Below are positions 18,862 through 28,115 of a stretch of DNA of 64,000 nucleotides, piece after piece. A program made the translations under genes and the position numbers. This DNA is from Bryobacterales bacterium (lineage in GTDB: Bacteria; Acidobacteriota; Terriglobia; Bryobacterales; UBA6623). Position 1 is the first letter of the stretch, and the number at the start of each line of letters is the position of its first letter. The notes under the pieces are model-generated. The model had not been told where the DNA came from, searched no databases, and saw nothing but the letters and a program-made list of their open reading frames with translations. Location of the stretch: positions 1,382,211 through 1,446,210 of the forward strand of contig OY729427.2 of NCBI GenBank assembly GCA_963422375.2. The letters are read 5' to 3'.

Positions 18862-19098
18862 ATGCTCCATTCACAGAATACCGTTAAATATGAAATCGAA
18901 ATTACGGAAATCTATCTGCCATATATTCGCGAAATATGGCTTTCTATACATCGCTTATATTCTGTCAAGAGAGAAACTGTAATCCAATCCGTTTCAAATG
19001 AATTGTCTAGATCTCTGTTCCTCCACGAGTCACATAGAGTCAGGTATCATTGGCTAGAATTCCCGAACTACCTAGGTCTTTTCACAAGCACTAGATGA
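18862..19098 (+). CDS. Hypothetical 78-aa ORF in an AT-rich orphan segment; possibly a fragment of a foreign gene
   Basis: It is the only sizeable ORF in the low-GC stretch 18818-19100. There is no recognisable motif and no clear RBS. Confidence 0.2.
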   Translation: MLHSQNTVKYEIEITEIYLPYIREIWLSIHRLYSVKRETVIQSVSNELSRSLFLHESHRVRYHWLEFPNYLGLFTSTR

Positions 19099-19172
19099 TC
19101 TGAGCCCCTACCGCCCCACAGGGAAGACCTTGCGGACGGAGCCGAAACCGCGAGCATGAGCTAGGTTGAAGG

Positions 19173-20012
19173 GTGGGGCAGCGCGCGCTGATCGTGGGTT
19201 GCGGGTTCACGGGCCGCAGGGCGGCCGGGCTCCTCCTCGAGCGCGGCTGGCGCGTGTCGGCCACGGCCCGGAATCCCGAGGCGCTCGCGTCCTTGCGCCT
19301 GCTCGGTGCCGAGGTGCATCCGTTCGATGCGACGAGCGGCCGACCGCCGGTCCCGTCGGCGGACGGCGCGCAGGTCCTGCTGTCCGTGCCCACCCTGCGC
19401 TCGGACGGTGCCTTCGACGAGCCCACGCCGCGCATCCTAGAAATGCTCGCCGGTTGTCCCGAGCACGTCACGTACCTTTCCACCACCGGTGTCTACGGCT
19501 CGGCAGAGGCCGTCGACGAGACGACTCCGGCCGCTCCGGCGACGGAACGCCAGAGACTGCGGATGACCGCGGAGGGCGCGGTTCGCTCCCTGCCCTGCCG
19601 GGCGCTCGCGCTGCGCCCGGCAGCGATCTACGGGCCTCGCCGGGGCGTGCATTCGGCCATGCGCGAGGGCCGGTTCCGCCTGCCGCCGGGCCAGGGGCGC
19701 CCGGTTTCGCGGATTCACGTCGACGACCTAGCGTCGATCGTCGCGGCGTCGATGGCCAGAGGCATCGAAGGGGCGTTCCCGGTCGCGGACGCGCTGCCGG
19801 CGACATCGCGCGAAGTTGCACGGTTCTGCGCAGGGCTGCTGGGGCTGGACCTGCCGGGCGAGGCAACCGAGAGCGAGCTCAGCGAGACGCGGCGCTTCGG
19901 CCGGCGGGTGGACGGCCGCGCCATCCTCCGCCATCTCGGCTTGGAGCTGCGCTATCCGACGTATCGCGAGGGCATCCCGGCGAGCATTGCGGCCGAGCGC
20001 AGCCGGCCCTAG
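19173..20012 (+). CDS. NAD(P)-binding Rossmann-fold protein (SDR/epimerase-like)
   Basis: N-terminal ALIVGCGFTGRRAA (GxGxxG), then STTGVYG and IHVDDLA, typical of the extended-SDR epimerase/dehydratase family. Confidence 0.8.
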   Translation: MGQRALIVGCGFTGRRAAGLLLERGWRVSATARNPEALASLRLLGAEVHPFDATSGRPPVPSADGAQVLLSVPTLRSDGAFDEPTPRILEMLAGCPEHVTYLSTTGVYGSAEAVDETTPAAPATERQRLRMTAEGAVRSLPCRALALRPAAIYGPRRGVHSAMREGRFRLPPGQGRPVSRIHVDDLASIVAASMARGIEGAFPVADALPATSREVARFCAGLLGLDLPGEATESELSETRRFGRRVDGRAILRHLGLELRYPTYREGIPASIAAERSRP

Positions 20013-20632
20013 CCGAGATCCCGCGCCGCAGGCAGGCCCCCTCCCGCTGCCAGCAGCCGATGGACATGCTTGGCCAGCATGTCGCACTCGATGTTCACCG
20101 CGCTTCCGGCTCCGGTCGATGACAGGGCGGTCACCTCGTAGGTATGGGGGATGATCGCGATGCCGAGCGACGATCCCTCGAGGGAGGCCACGGTCAGGCT
20201 AACGCCGTCGATCGCGACGCTGCCCTTGTAGACCAGGTACGCCAGCAGGTCCTCCGGCACGCGCACTGCCAGCCACCAGTTGCCGTCCCCAAGCGGATCG
20301 AGCTCCAGCACCTCGCCCCTCCCGTCTACGTGGCCTAGGACGAAGTGCCCGCTCAGGCGGTCGGTCAGCCGGAGCGGACGCTCCAGGTTGACAGCTCGTC
20401 CGGGAGACAGGTCTCCTAGGTTGGTCTTGCGAAGCGTCTCGGGGGACAGGTCCGCCGCAAACGAGCCCCGGCCCGCCGCGACCGCTGTCAGGCAGCAGCC
20501 ATTTACGGCGACGCTCGCGCCCTTGCGCAGGTCCTCCAGAACGAGGTCCGCGCCCACTACGATGCGGGCCCCAGAGACGGAGCGAGTCATCTCCAGGATC
20601 TCGCCTGTCTCCTCGACGATCCCAGTGAACAT
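20009..20632 (-). CDS. ribE: Riboflavin synthase (alpha chain)
   Basis: MFTGIVEETGEI... start, with duplicated lumazine-binding halves (GASVAVNGCCLT / KGSVAIDGVSLTV). I trimmed the longer ORF to the MFTGIVE start at 20632. Confidence 0.9.
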   Translation of the reverse strand: MFTGIVEETGEILEMTRSVSGARIVVGADLVLEDLRKGASVAVNGCCLTAVAAGRGSFAADLSPETLRKTNLGDLSPGRAVNLERPLRLTDRLSGHFVLGHVDGRGEVLELDPLGDGNWWLAVRVPEDLLAYLVYKGSVAIDGVSLTVASLEGSSLGIAIIPHTYEVTALSSTGAGSAVNIECDMLAKHVHRLLAAGGGLPAARDLG

Positions 20633-20642
20633 CCCGGCTCCC

Positions 20643-21788
20643 TCAGGAAGCGACCGCCCGGCCGGCGGGGGGCGCCTCCCTGACCATATCGGCCTCAACT
20701 GCGAACTCGTCCTCGGCCACCTCAAACGTCCGCAGGTTCCGCAGCCGCAGCGCCCCGGCCCTCGAGCGGCGGCCTGCCCCTCCGGCCATCGGCAGGGAAT
20801 CGAATCCACCCAGAATCTTGGGCGCGTAGTACAGCAGCACCTTGTCGACAACCCCGGCGTCGAGCGCCGCCCAGTTGAGCTTCGCTCCGCCCTCGATCAT
20901 CAGCGAGACGATGCCCGCCTCACCCAGCCACGCGGCGACTCCCTGCAGGTCGACCCGCCCGGTCGGGGAATCGAAGACCCTAGCCGGGATGGTCCGCCGG
21001 GCGAACGACTCGCGACGCTTGGGAGAGGCGGCGGACGTCGTGGCCACGACCAAGTCCCCGTCGTAGGACTCGACGATGCGGGAATCGGCCGACAGGCGCA
21101 GCAGCGAATCGGCGACGATCCGCAGCAGCGGCCGCCGCCGAGGCAGGCCCGTGCGGTCGGTCAGCAGGCAGTCGTCGGCCTGCACCGTGCCGATGCCCGT
21201 CATGATCGCGTCGTGGCGATGGCGGACCGTCTGCACGTGCCGCCGCGCGGTCTCGCTGGTGATCCAGCCCGTGTTGTCGTCGGGCGCGGCGATCTTGCCG
21301 TCCAAGGTCAGGGCTGTCTTGAGCGTCACAAGCGGACGCCCCGTGCGGGCGTAGTGGAAGAACGGCTCGTTCAGACGGGCCGCTTGGACCGCCAGATCGC
21401 CGTCCCCCTCCTCCACCGCGACGCCGGTCTGGCGGAGGCGCTCCAGACCGGATCCATCGATTCTCGGGTTGCGGTCGCGAGTCGCCGCTACGACCCGGGC
21501 GACCCCCGCCGAGAGAATCGCGTCAACGCAAGGCGGCGTGCGACCCGTGACATTGCACGGCTCGAGCGACACGTACACCGTGCCCCCGCGAGCGCGGCCG
21601 CCGGCCTCGGCCAGCGCCAGCGCCTCGGCGTGGCGCCGCCCTGCGTAAGTGTAGCTGCCTTCGCCGGCCTTGCAACCCTCCGCGTCGACGACGACAGCCC
21701 CCACCTGCGGGTTCGGGCTCGCCAGCGCGTCCCCGCGCCGGGCGAGGTCGAGCGCTTCCCGCAGCCAGCGACGGTCCGTCGCGGTCAT
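20643..21788 (-). CDS. ribD: Bifunctional diaminohydroxyphosphoribosylaminopyrimidine deaminase / 5-amino-6-(5-phosphoribosylamino)uracil reductase
   Basis: Deaminase Zn motifs HAEALAL and PCNVTGRTPPC, plus a C-terminal reductase domain (GRPLVTLKTALTLDGKIA). Confidence 0.95.
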   Translation of the reverse strand: MTATDRRWLREALDLARRGDALASPNPQVGAVVVDAEGCKAGEGSYTYAGRRHAEALALAEAGGRARGGTVYVSLEPCNVTGRTPPCVDAILSAGVARVVAATRDRNPRIDGSGLERLRQTGVAVEEGDGDLAVQAARLNEPFFHYARTGRPLVTLKTALTLDGKIAAPDDNTGWITSETARRHVQTVRHRHDAIMTGIGTVQADDCLLTDRTGLPRRRPLLRIVADSLLRLSADSRIVESYDGDLVVATTSAASPKRRESFARRTIPARVFDSPTGRVDLQGVAAWLGEAGIVSLMIEGGAKLNWAALDAGVVDKVLLYYAPKILGGFDSLPMAGGAGRRSRAGALRLRNLRTFEVAEDEFAVEADMVREAPPAGRAVAS

Positions 21789-22750
21789 TCCCGGTCGGGC
21801 GCGTCGAACAGCGACCGCACGAACGTGTCGGGATCGAACGCGACTAGATCCTCGCTGCGCTCCCCGATGCCCACCCAGCGGATCGGCAAGCCGAGCTCGC
21901 GGGCTATGGCAACGGCGATGCCTCCCTTGGCGGTGCCGTCAAGCTTGGCCAGGACGAGCCCCGTCACGTTGGCGGTCGAGGTGAACTGGCGCGCCTGCTC
22001 GAGGCCGTTCTGGCCGGTCACCGCGTCCAGAACCAAGAGCACCTCGTGCGGAGCCCCGGGCACGAGGCGGCCGGCCGTCCGGCGGATCTTCTGCAGCTCG
22101 GCCATCAGCCCCGCCTTGTTGTGCAGCCGTCCGGCGGTGTCGACGATCACGGTGTCGAAGCCCCGCGCCTTCGCCGATTCGAGCGCGTCGTAGAGCACTG
22201 CGCTGGGATCGGCACCGGCCCTCTGCCGCACGACCGGGCAGTTCGAGCGCTCCCCCCAAATGACCAGCTGCTCGGCGGCCGCCGCGCGGAACGTGTCGGC
22301 GGCGCAGAGCAAGACGCGGCGCCCGTCTTCTCGGAGCCGGGACGCCAGCTTGCCGATCGTCGTCGTCTTGCCGACGCCGTTCACGCCCACGACGAGGATC
22401 ACCTGCAGCGACTCGGCCGCGACAGCCGAGTCTGCCGAAGCCCACGGCTGGCCCAGGATCTCCAACATCCGCGCCGCTATCAGGTCCTTGATCGCGGAGG
22501 CATCCTCGAGCTGGTCGCGAGCCAGGCGCGAGCGGACGTCCTCGATGATCTCGTTCGCCGCGCGGACACCGATGTCCGCGGCGATGAGAGTCATCTCAAG
22601 ATCCTCTACCAGCTCGGGGTCGATCTCGCGACGTCCCTCGAACAGGTCGCCGATCTGGTCGGCCAGCGCTTCCCGCGTCTTCGAGACCGCGCGCCGGAAC
22701 CGCCCGAACAGGCCCCGCTCCTTGCGGGGAGCGTCGAACAGGGTCTGCAT
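21785..22750 (-). CDS. ftsY: Signal recognition particle-docking protein FtsY
   Basis: NG domain with VVGVNGVGKTTTIGKLA, DTAGRLHNK, AKLDGTAKGG and IRWVGIGE. I trimmed the ORF to the MQTLFDAP start. Its stop overlaps the ribD start. Confidence 0.9.
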   Translation of the reverse strand: MQTLFDAPRKERGLFGRFRRAVSKTREALADQIGDLFEGRREIDPELVEDLEMTLIAADIGVRAANEIIEDVRSRLARDQLEDASAIKDLIAARMLEILGQPWASADSAVAAESLQVILVVGVNGVGKTTTIGKLASRLREDGRRVLLCAADTFRAAAAEQLVIWGERSNCPVVRQRAGADPSAVLYDALESAKARGFDTVIVDTAGRLHNKAGLMAELQKIRRTAGRLVPGAPHEVLLVLDAVTGQNGLEQARQFTSTANVTGLVLAKLDGTAKGGIAVAIARELGLPIRWVGIGERSEDLVAFDPDTFVRSLFDAPDRE

Positions 22751-23768
22751 CGCCGGGAGCGCGGGTGCCGGGCCGCCTACCGATAGTATCAAGGCCCCGC
22801 GATCGGATTTCGGGCTCGGAGTCCGCGCAGCGCAAGCGAATCGCATCGGAAGCGCCGCGGGCGAGCGGCCCGCGGCGCTTCTCCGATGGGCACTTCGGCT
22901 GAAGCTTCGTTCCCCCGTACTAAGCTCTCGCGATGAGATTGCAGCGATTACTCTTCGCCGGACGGCTGGGTTCAGGCCGCGCGGACGGGGAATCCCGCGG
23001 TGGATCGCAGGCCAAGGGCAACGGCGAATCAATCCGCACTCGCGCAATCCGCGCTGGCGGCGGCGGATACGGACACGAGGGTTGGTCCCGTCCAGATCGA
23101 GAAACCACCGGTCCAATTCACGGCGAGATGCAGGACGGAGTCAGCCGACTTCAACCCACTTTCAGTCCGTACCTCCGTACCATTGGGGCGGTCATTGTGC
23201 GGCCGTGTTCGCGGTCCTTGATCCGCTAGCCGCGCTGGAATTCCCGTCCCGCATCGATCCGACAGGGAGAATTGCGCTGGTTACGAGCATGTGGCTCTAG
23301 GGATCAAGCGAGCTCGCAGAGCGCCAGGCGACACCTTGCGACGCGCAGCAGCGCGGGAGCACTCCGCCCGAGGGTCCTGATGACCGGCGGCAATAGAACC
23401 CACAGAGACTTCGTCGAGCCTGGAGGCGCAGAAGCGAGCCGACCGGAGTCGCTACAGACGATAGGCGAGAAGATCGTCGCGCCGCGAGCGGCGGTCAGAT
23501 CTGTCCGAGGCCCGATTGGCGTCGCGGGAGCAGCCGTCGCCCTGGTCGGTAGGTGATCTCGATTGCGCTGCTCCGGCCCTGGTCCCACGTGACTGCCGCA
23601 TTCGGCGCCGTCAGCCTGCTGGCAGGACTCCTGACCTAGCCTGGATCGAAACTGATCGGCCGCCCGCGAGGAACGGGCCCGGCGGGAGGCGGCCAGCGAC
23701 ACTGCGACGAAACCAGAGCCGGTCCTCTTCGTCTCGGAGACGCACAGCCAAGACGTTGGGTGCTTGCA

Positions 23769-26750
23769 CTACGGGCGCCGGGCAATCCAGATGGGGCTTG
23801 ACCAAGCGAGCTCGCCGTCCTCCTGCTCGACCCTCACGTAGTACCAGTGGTCGCCCGGACCCGCTTCGACGTCGAGATACTCGAACTCCGCCTCCTGCGT
23901 GCCGGGCTCGATCTTGTAGACGTAGCTGGCGTCCCGGATGAGATGGACGGCCGCGATCCTGTCCGTGCCCCGCACGCGAGCCCGGATGCGCTGCGGCTCC
24001 GAGGCGACGGTCTCCTCCCCCATGAACGCGTCCCCCAAGCGGAAGTCCAGCACGATGTTGTCTGTCGCGCCGTAGGTCCGCCGCCTGCGGATTCCGTCGT
24101 GGATCGCCTCGCGACTGGTATCGGGGGTGTACACCATCGCGTAGGAGATGTGCGTCGAGTAGTGGTCGGAGCTGGCGATCACGCCGATCTTGTAGCCCTT
24201 GCCCCAAGCGTTCCAGAACATGCCGGGCTGTTGGAACCCGCCCGCCGCGTCACCCTCCTCCCCGTCCCGGATGCCGCGCGGCGCGTTCTTGTGCTCGTAG
24301 CTCTGCCGGGCCCCTTGGTAGATCTCGGCCACGGTGTCGACCTGCGGGTCGTGGTCCCTCCAGTCCGTGCCCATGGAGCTCGTGCCGGAGGTGTGCGGGA
24401 TGGCGAGACCGCCGGTCTTCCGCGCCACCTCGTACATCAGCTTCGTCTCGTTGCGCACTCCGCTGCCGAAGCCCATCGAGCTGAACGTCAGCAGCTCGCC
24501 GTCGGGGCTGTCGGGGAGAAGGAATCGCGGATGCATCGGAATGAAGAACGGCACGACGGGATAGTTGCGGTGCGTGTAGATCAAGTTGCGATGGCCGTAC
24601 GGGTTGCCCGGATTCCGCTCGTAGCCGTATAGCGTCGAGAATCTCTCCGGGAAGTGGTACATGTCCGCGAGCTTCTGCGTCATCGCGTTCCAGAAGTCCG
24701 TCCCGCCGGCCTGGTGGTCCGTGGAAGCGCCGAAATCCATCTCCGCCGCGTCGATCATGTAGCGGTAGAACTCCGGCAGAGACCCGTCGCTGATCCCGCC
24801 GACGTCCTGGGAGAGCTCGGTGTGGCGGTGGAGATCCCCACGCACGATGCGCAGCGACTCGCCGCCGTGCTCGGCGCGGTAGTTGCGGATGAACCGCACG
24901 TCGTCCAGCTCGGTCGGGTGAGAATCGGGGCGCGACTGCGCCGGCTCGGGGCGGTAGGGCCTGAGCCGGGGAGCCGCTCCCGGGCCCGGCAGTTCCAGCG
25001 AGCCGGCCACGACGCGGTTCAGGCGCGGGCGGCTCGCGAAGCCCCACTGGCGGCTCTCGTCCGGCCAGAAGGCCCACAGGCGCCCGCCCGCCGACACCAT
25101 GCCCATGCGCGTGCTCTTGCGGGCCCAACTCGACGGCAGCGTAACCGGATCCGTCCACCCCCGCCCGTCCAAGCGCGTCAGGAACGACTCCCAATACGAC
25201 GTGGGCCGGTACGAATGGCGGCTATAGCGCCGCTTGAAAGACATCCACAGATTGCCGTCCGGATCGAACTGCAGCAGCGGTCGGCTCTCGCCGGTCGACC
25301 CGACTGCCTGCGGGTCGGCAAACTCGACGGCCGCCGGGGCCTTCCACTGGCCGCCGTCGAGGCACGCGACTTCGATGCGCCGCGGCCCCCCGAGCGAGGT
25401 GCCGGGCTGGCGCTCGCCCAGGCCGCGGCCCAAATCCTTGCCCCAGTGGACCCCGGACGTCTCCCACGCGACCCACGGGCGGCCTCGCCCGTCGACGGCC
25501 ACGCTCGAGTGGGCCTCGAACCGCGCCGTCGCGGCGACAGCCGTCTCCTGGCCCAAGCCTCGCTCGGGCGAGAACGACCGAACGAAGACGTCGTAGCTCC
25601 CTCCGGAACCCTGCCTGTAGCGGTCCCACGAGATCCATGCCGAGCCGTCCGGCGCACCGCTCACCGCGGGCGACCAGTCGTTGGCGAGCGAGCTGGTGAC
25701 CGAGACGGTCTCCGACCAGCGACCCTCGCGCAGGTACTTCAGGCGCACTTGCGAATAGCGCCCCGCCATCGACTGCCAGACCACGTAGACGGTGCCGTCG
25801 CCGGACCGCGCCACGTGCGGCTCGACATCCGGCAGGGGATTGTCGGTGAGCCGGTGCTGCGGGCCCCACTCGTCGTCCTCCCAAGCCATCGCGTAGACGT
25901 CCCAGTTCCCCGGTCCGTCCGCTGACGGGCGCTGCGAGTAGATCAGCCAAGGCTTGTCGGACGCGTCGATCACGACTTGCGGGCGCCAGAGATCCTCGGC
26001 TGCCCGCCCGACAGGAATCAGACGCGACCAGCGGCCCTCGCGGTAGCGGCGGAAATTGAGCTCCTCGCGCCGGTCGTGGTAGCTGTACCAAGTCGCGAAC
26101 AGGCTCCCCTCGGAATCCGCGGCGACCGCGGGCGAGTCGTGCTGACGCAGCTCCGTGCCGGACAGGTCGGTCCCGGGCGGCGTCCGCTGGATGGCGACGC
26201 GCCCGCCCAAGGCCCGGGTCCAAGGGCCGAACTCGAGCGCCATCGGCTTGAAGCTGAAGTCACCCTGGGCCGTCGTCACCTCGACCGACGTCGCGGTGCT
26301 GCCGCTGCCGCGCACCCACATCCCCTTCGGCATCGGCTCCTCACTATATGCAGGCTCAGGCCCGGGCACGACGGTGGACCGAAGCATGACGCGCACGTCC
26401 TGCGTCCGGAGCTTCCAGCCCCCCTGCGGGAGAATGCGGTCGGGAGGCTCCTGCCGGTGCGGATCGATGCCGAGAATCTCGCCTGCCCTCACCGACAGGC
26501 TGCCGTCCCATGCCTCGCCCGCCGGGTCGTCGACGCCGAAGAGGATGAGCACCTGCCACATGTCGGCCTCGCGGGTCCCGCCCGGGTGCCACGTGAAGTT
26601 GTCCAGGAATCCAGGCGTGGCTGCCGCCGTGGCACCCGACTGCACCTGCGCGGCCCGCTGTGCCGCTGACGGTGCGACCGCCAGCGTCCCGGCCAGCGCG
26701 GCCAAGACGGCCCGTCGCAACCCCGCTCGACAGGTTGGGCAACGCTGCAC
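23769..26750 (-). CDS. Large secreted protein: N-terminal beta-propeller-like repeats plus a C-terminal PHP/DUF3604-like metal-hydrolase domain
   Basis: 993 aa with a signal peptide. It has repeated W-rich blades (WSPAVS, PWVAWETSG, WLIYSQ) and a PHP-like core (GDLHRHTELSQD...ASTDHQAGG...YGYERN...HRNLIY...IPHTSG). The C-terminal motif GDHWYYVRVEQEDGELAWSSPIW is shared with the 10015 protein. Confidence 0.7.
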   Translation of the reverse strand: MQRCPTCRAGLRRAVLAALAGTLAVAPSAAQRAAQVQSGATAAATPGFLDNFTWHPGGTREADMWQVLILFGVDDPAGEAWDGSLSVRAGEILGIDPHRQEPPDRILPQGGWKLRTQDVRVMLRSTVVPGPEPAYSEEPMPKGMWVRGSGSTATSVEVTTAQGDFSFKPMALEFGPWTRALGGRVAIQRTPPGTDLSGTELRQHDSPAVAADSEGSLFATWYSYHDRREELNFRRYREGRWSRLIPVGRAAEDLWRPQVVIDASDKPWLIYSQRPSADGPGNWDVYAMAWEDDEWGPQHRLTDNPLPDVEPHVARSGDGTVYVVWQSMAGRYSQVRLKYLREGRWSETVSVTSSLANDWSPAVSGAPDGSAWISWDRYRQGSGGSYDVFVRSFSPERGLGQETAVAATARFEAHSSVAVDGRGRPWVAWETSGVHWGKDLGRGLGERQPGTSLGGPRRIEVACLDGGQWKAPAAVEFADPQAVGSTGESRPLLQFDPDGNLWMSFKRRYSRHSYRPTSYWESFLTRLDGRGWTDPVTLPSSWARKSTRMGMVSAGGRLWAFWPDESRQWGFASRPRLNRVVAGSLELPGPGAAPRLRPYRPEPAQSRPDSHPTELDDVRFIRNYRAEHGGESLRIVRGDLHRHTELSQDVGGISDGSLPEFYRYMIDAAEMDFGASTDHQAGGTDFWNAMTQKLADMYHFPERFSTLYGYERNPGNPYGHRNLIYTHRNYPVVPFFIPMHPRFLLPDSPDGELLTFSSMGFGSGVRNETKLMYEVARKTGGLAIPHTSGTSSMGTDWRDHDPQVDTVAEIYQGARQSYEHKNAPRGIRDGEEGDAAGGFQQPGMFWNAWGKGYKIGVIASSDHYSTHISYAMVYTPDTSREAIHDGIRRRRTYGATDNIVLDFRLGDAFMGEETVASEPQRIRARVRGTDRIAAVHLIRDASYVYKIEPGTQEAEFEYLDVEAGPGDHWYYVRVEQEDGELAWSSPIWIARRP

Positions 26751-26901
26751 GGCTGATCACCTCCGGGCCGGCGACCGACAGTTCCGCTCGCGCACCGGGA
26801 ACCGGCCCGCCGGACGCGCCGATTGTACCCCGCCAGCGATGGGGCAAGCGCCCGGCCCCGAGCCGAACGGAAGGAGGCGGCGGCGCGAGGTGCGTCCCGG
26901 C

Positions 26902-28029
26902 CTACAGGCCGGTTTCCACCCAGGCCTTTCGGGCGGCCGACGTCTCGATGGCATCAAGCACCCGCTGGACAGCCGCACCGTCATCAAACGTGGGCCGAGC
27001 CGGCGTGCCCGAGTCAAGACCCTCGAGAAACGCCGCCAAGGAGCTGATGAAGGTGTGCTCGTATCCGATCGGATGTCCGGTCTTCCAGTAGTGCGGGTCG
27101 CCAGGCGGGCCGGGCGAGGGCGCGAGGACCTTGCGCCGACCGCGCAGGACGGGGTCCCCGCCGGCGTCGGCGTACTCCAGCCGATTCATGTCCTCGAAAC
27201 GAAAAGCCACCATCCCGCGCTCGCCATGCACCGCGAAGCCGTTGTCGTTCTGGTAGCCCGTGGCGAAGCGCGTCGCCTCGAAGGTGCCCAGCGCCCCGCA
27301 GGCGAAGCGCGCCTGCACGAGCACGGCGTCGTCGATGTCGACGGCATACGTCCGGCCCGGACGGGTCGGATCTGGCTTCTCGGGAAGGAACGTCTCGAGG
27401 GTCGCGCCCACCTCCCGGACCGGGCCAAGAAGCATCATGGCGGTGTCGAGCAGGTGGGAATTAAGGTCGCCGTTCACTCCCGACCCTGCGGTTCGCCTCG
27501 CCATCTTCCAGTTCCGCGGACGGCCGGGGTCGGGCCCCCATTGCTGGAGGTACTGCGCCCGGTAGTGGTAGATCCGCCCCAGGGCGCCCTCGGCCAGCAG
27601 GCGCGCGGCCAGCTCGACGGCCGGGACCCTGCGGTAGTTGAACCACACGAAGGTGGGCACGGCGGCGGTCGCCGCGGCCATCGCCCGGGCCTCCTCGAGA
27701 GTGCTGGCGAGCGGCTTCTCGCAGAGAACCATCTTGCCCGCCCGGGCCGCGGCGACCGCCATCTCGGCATGCAGGTAGTTCGGGGTGCAGATGTCGACGA
27801 GGTCGATGTCGGGACGGTCGACCACCCGTCTCCAATCGGTCTCCGTCTCGTCCCATCCCCACGCCCGGGCCAAGGCGTCGAGCCCGGAGCGTCCGCGTCC
27901 GCAGACGACCTTGCGCCGTACTCCTCGGACATGCGGGAAGAAATGGCCCACTTGGGCGTAGGCGTTGCTGTGCGCCTTGCCCATGAAGCCGCAGCCGATC
28001 ATGGCGACGTTGAGCGGTGCCCGAACCAC
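26902..28029 (-). CDS. Gfo/Idh/MocA-family oxidoreductase
   Basis: N-terminal Rossmann NVAMIGCGFMGKAHSNAY and the EKPLA motif, 375 aa. Confidence 0.9.
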   Translation of the reverse strand: MVRAPLNVAMIGCGFMGKAHSNAYAQVGHFFPHVRGVRRKVVCGRGRSGLDALARAWGWDETETDWRRVVDRPDIDLVDICTPNYLHAEMAVAAARAGKMVLCEKPLASTLEEARAMAAATAAVPTFVWFNYRRVPAVELAARLLAEGALGRIYHYRAQYLQQWGPDPGRPRNWKMARRTAGSGVNGDLNSHLLDTAMMLLGPVREVGATLETFLPEKPDPTRPGRTYAVDIDDAVLVQARFACGALGTFEATRFATGYQNDNGFAVHGERGMVAFRFEDMNRLEYADAGGDPVLRGRRKVLAPSPGPPGDPHYWKTGHPIGYEHTFISSLAAFLEGLDSGTPARPTFDDGAAVQRVLDAIETSAARKAWVETGL

Positions 28030-28115
28030 GCCAGCAGCCTATCATCCGCAGCGATCGGATCGGTCCGCTCCGCAAGGAGCGCTAGGCGCGATCGCGTGCA
28101 GGAAGTTCTCGCGGT

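Noticed and set aside
21785-21850. An FMN (RFN) riboswitch upstream of ribD.
   Set aside because: The ribD start overlaps the ftsY stop, so there is no leader. ribD-ribE appear to be co-transcribed with ftsY.
22751-23768. Known structured RNAs (RNase P RNA, tmRNA, SRP/4.5S RNA, group II intron domain V) in the 1-kb gap.
   Set aside because: I did not find the hallmark conserved motifs of these families on either strand by eye. The gap is retained only as an unexplained-region finding.
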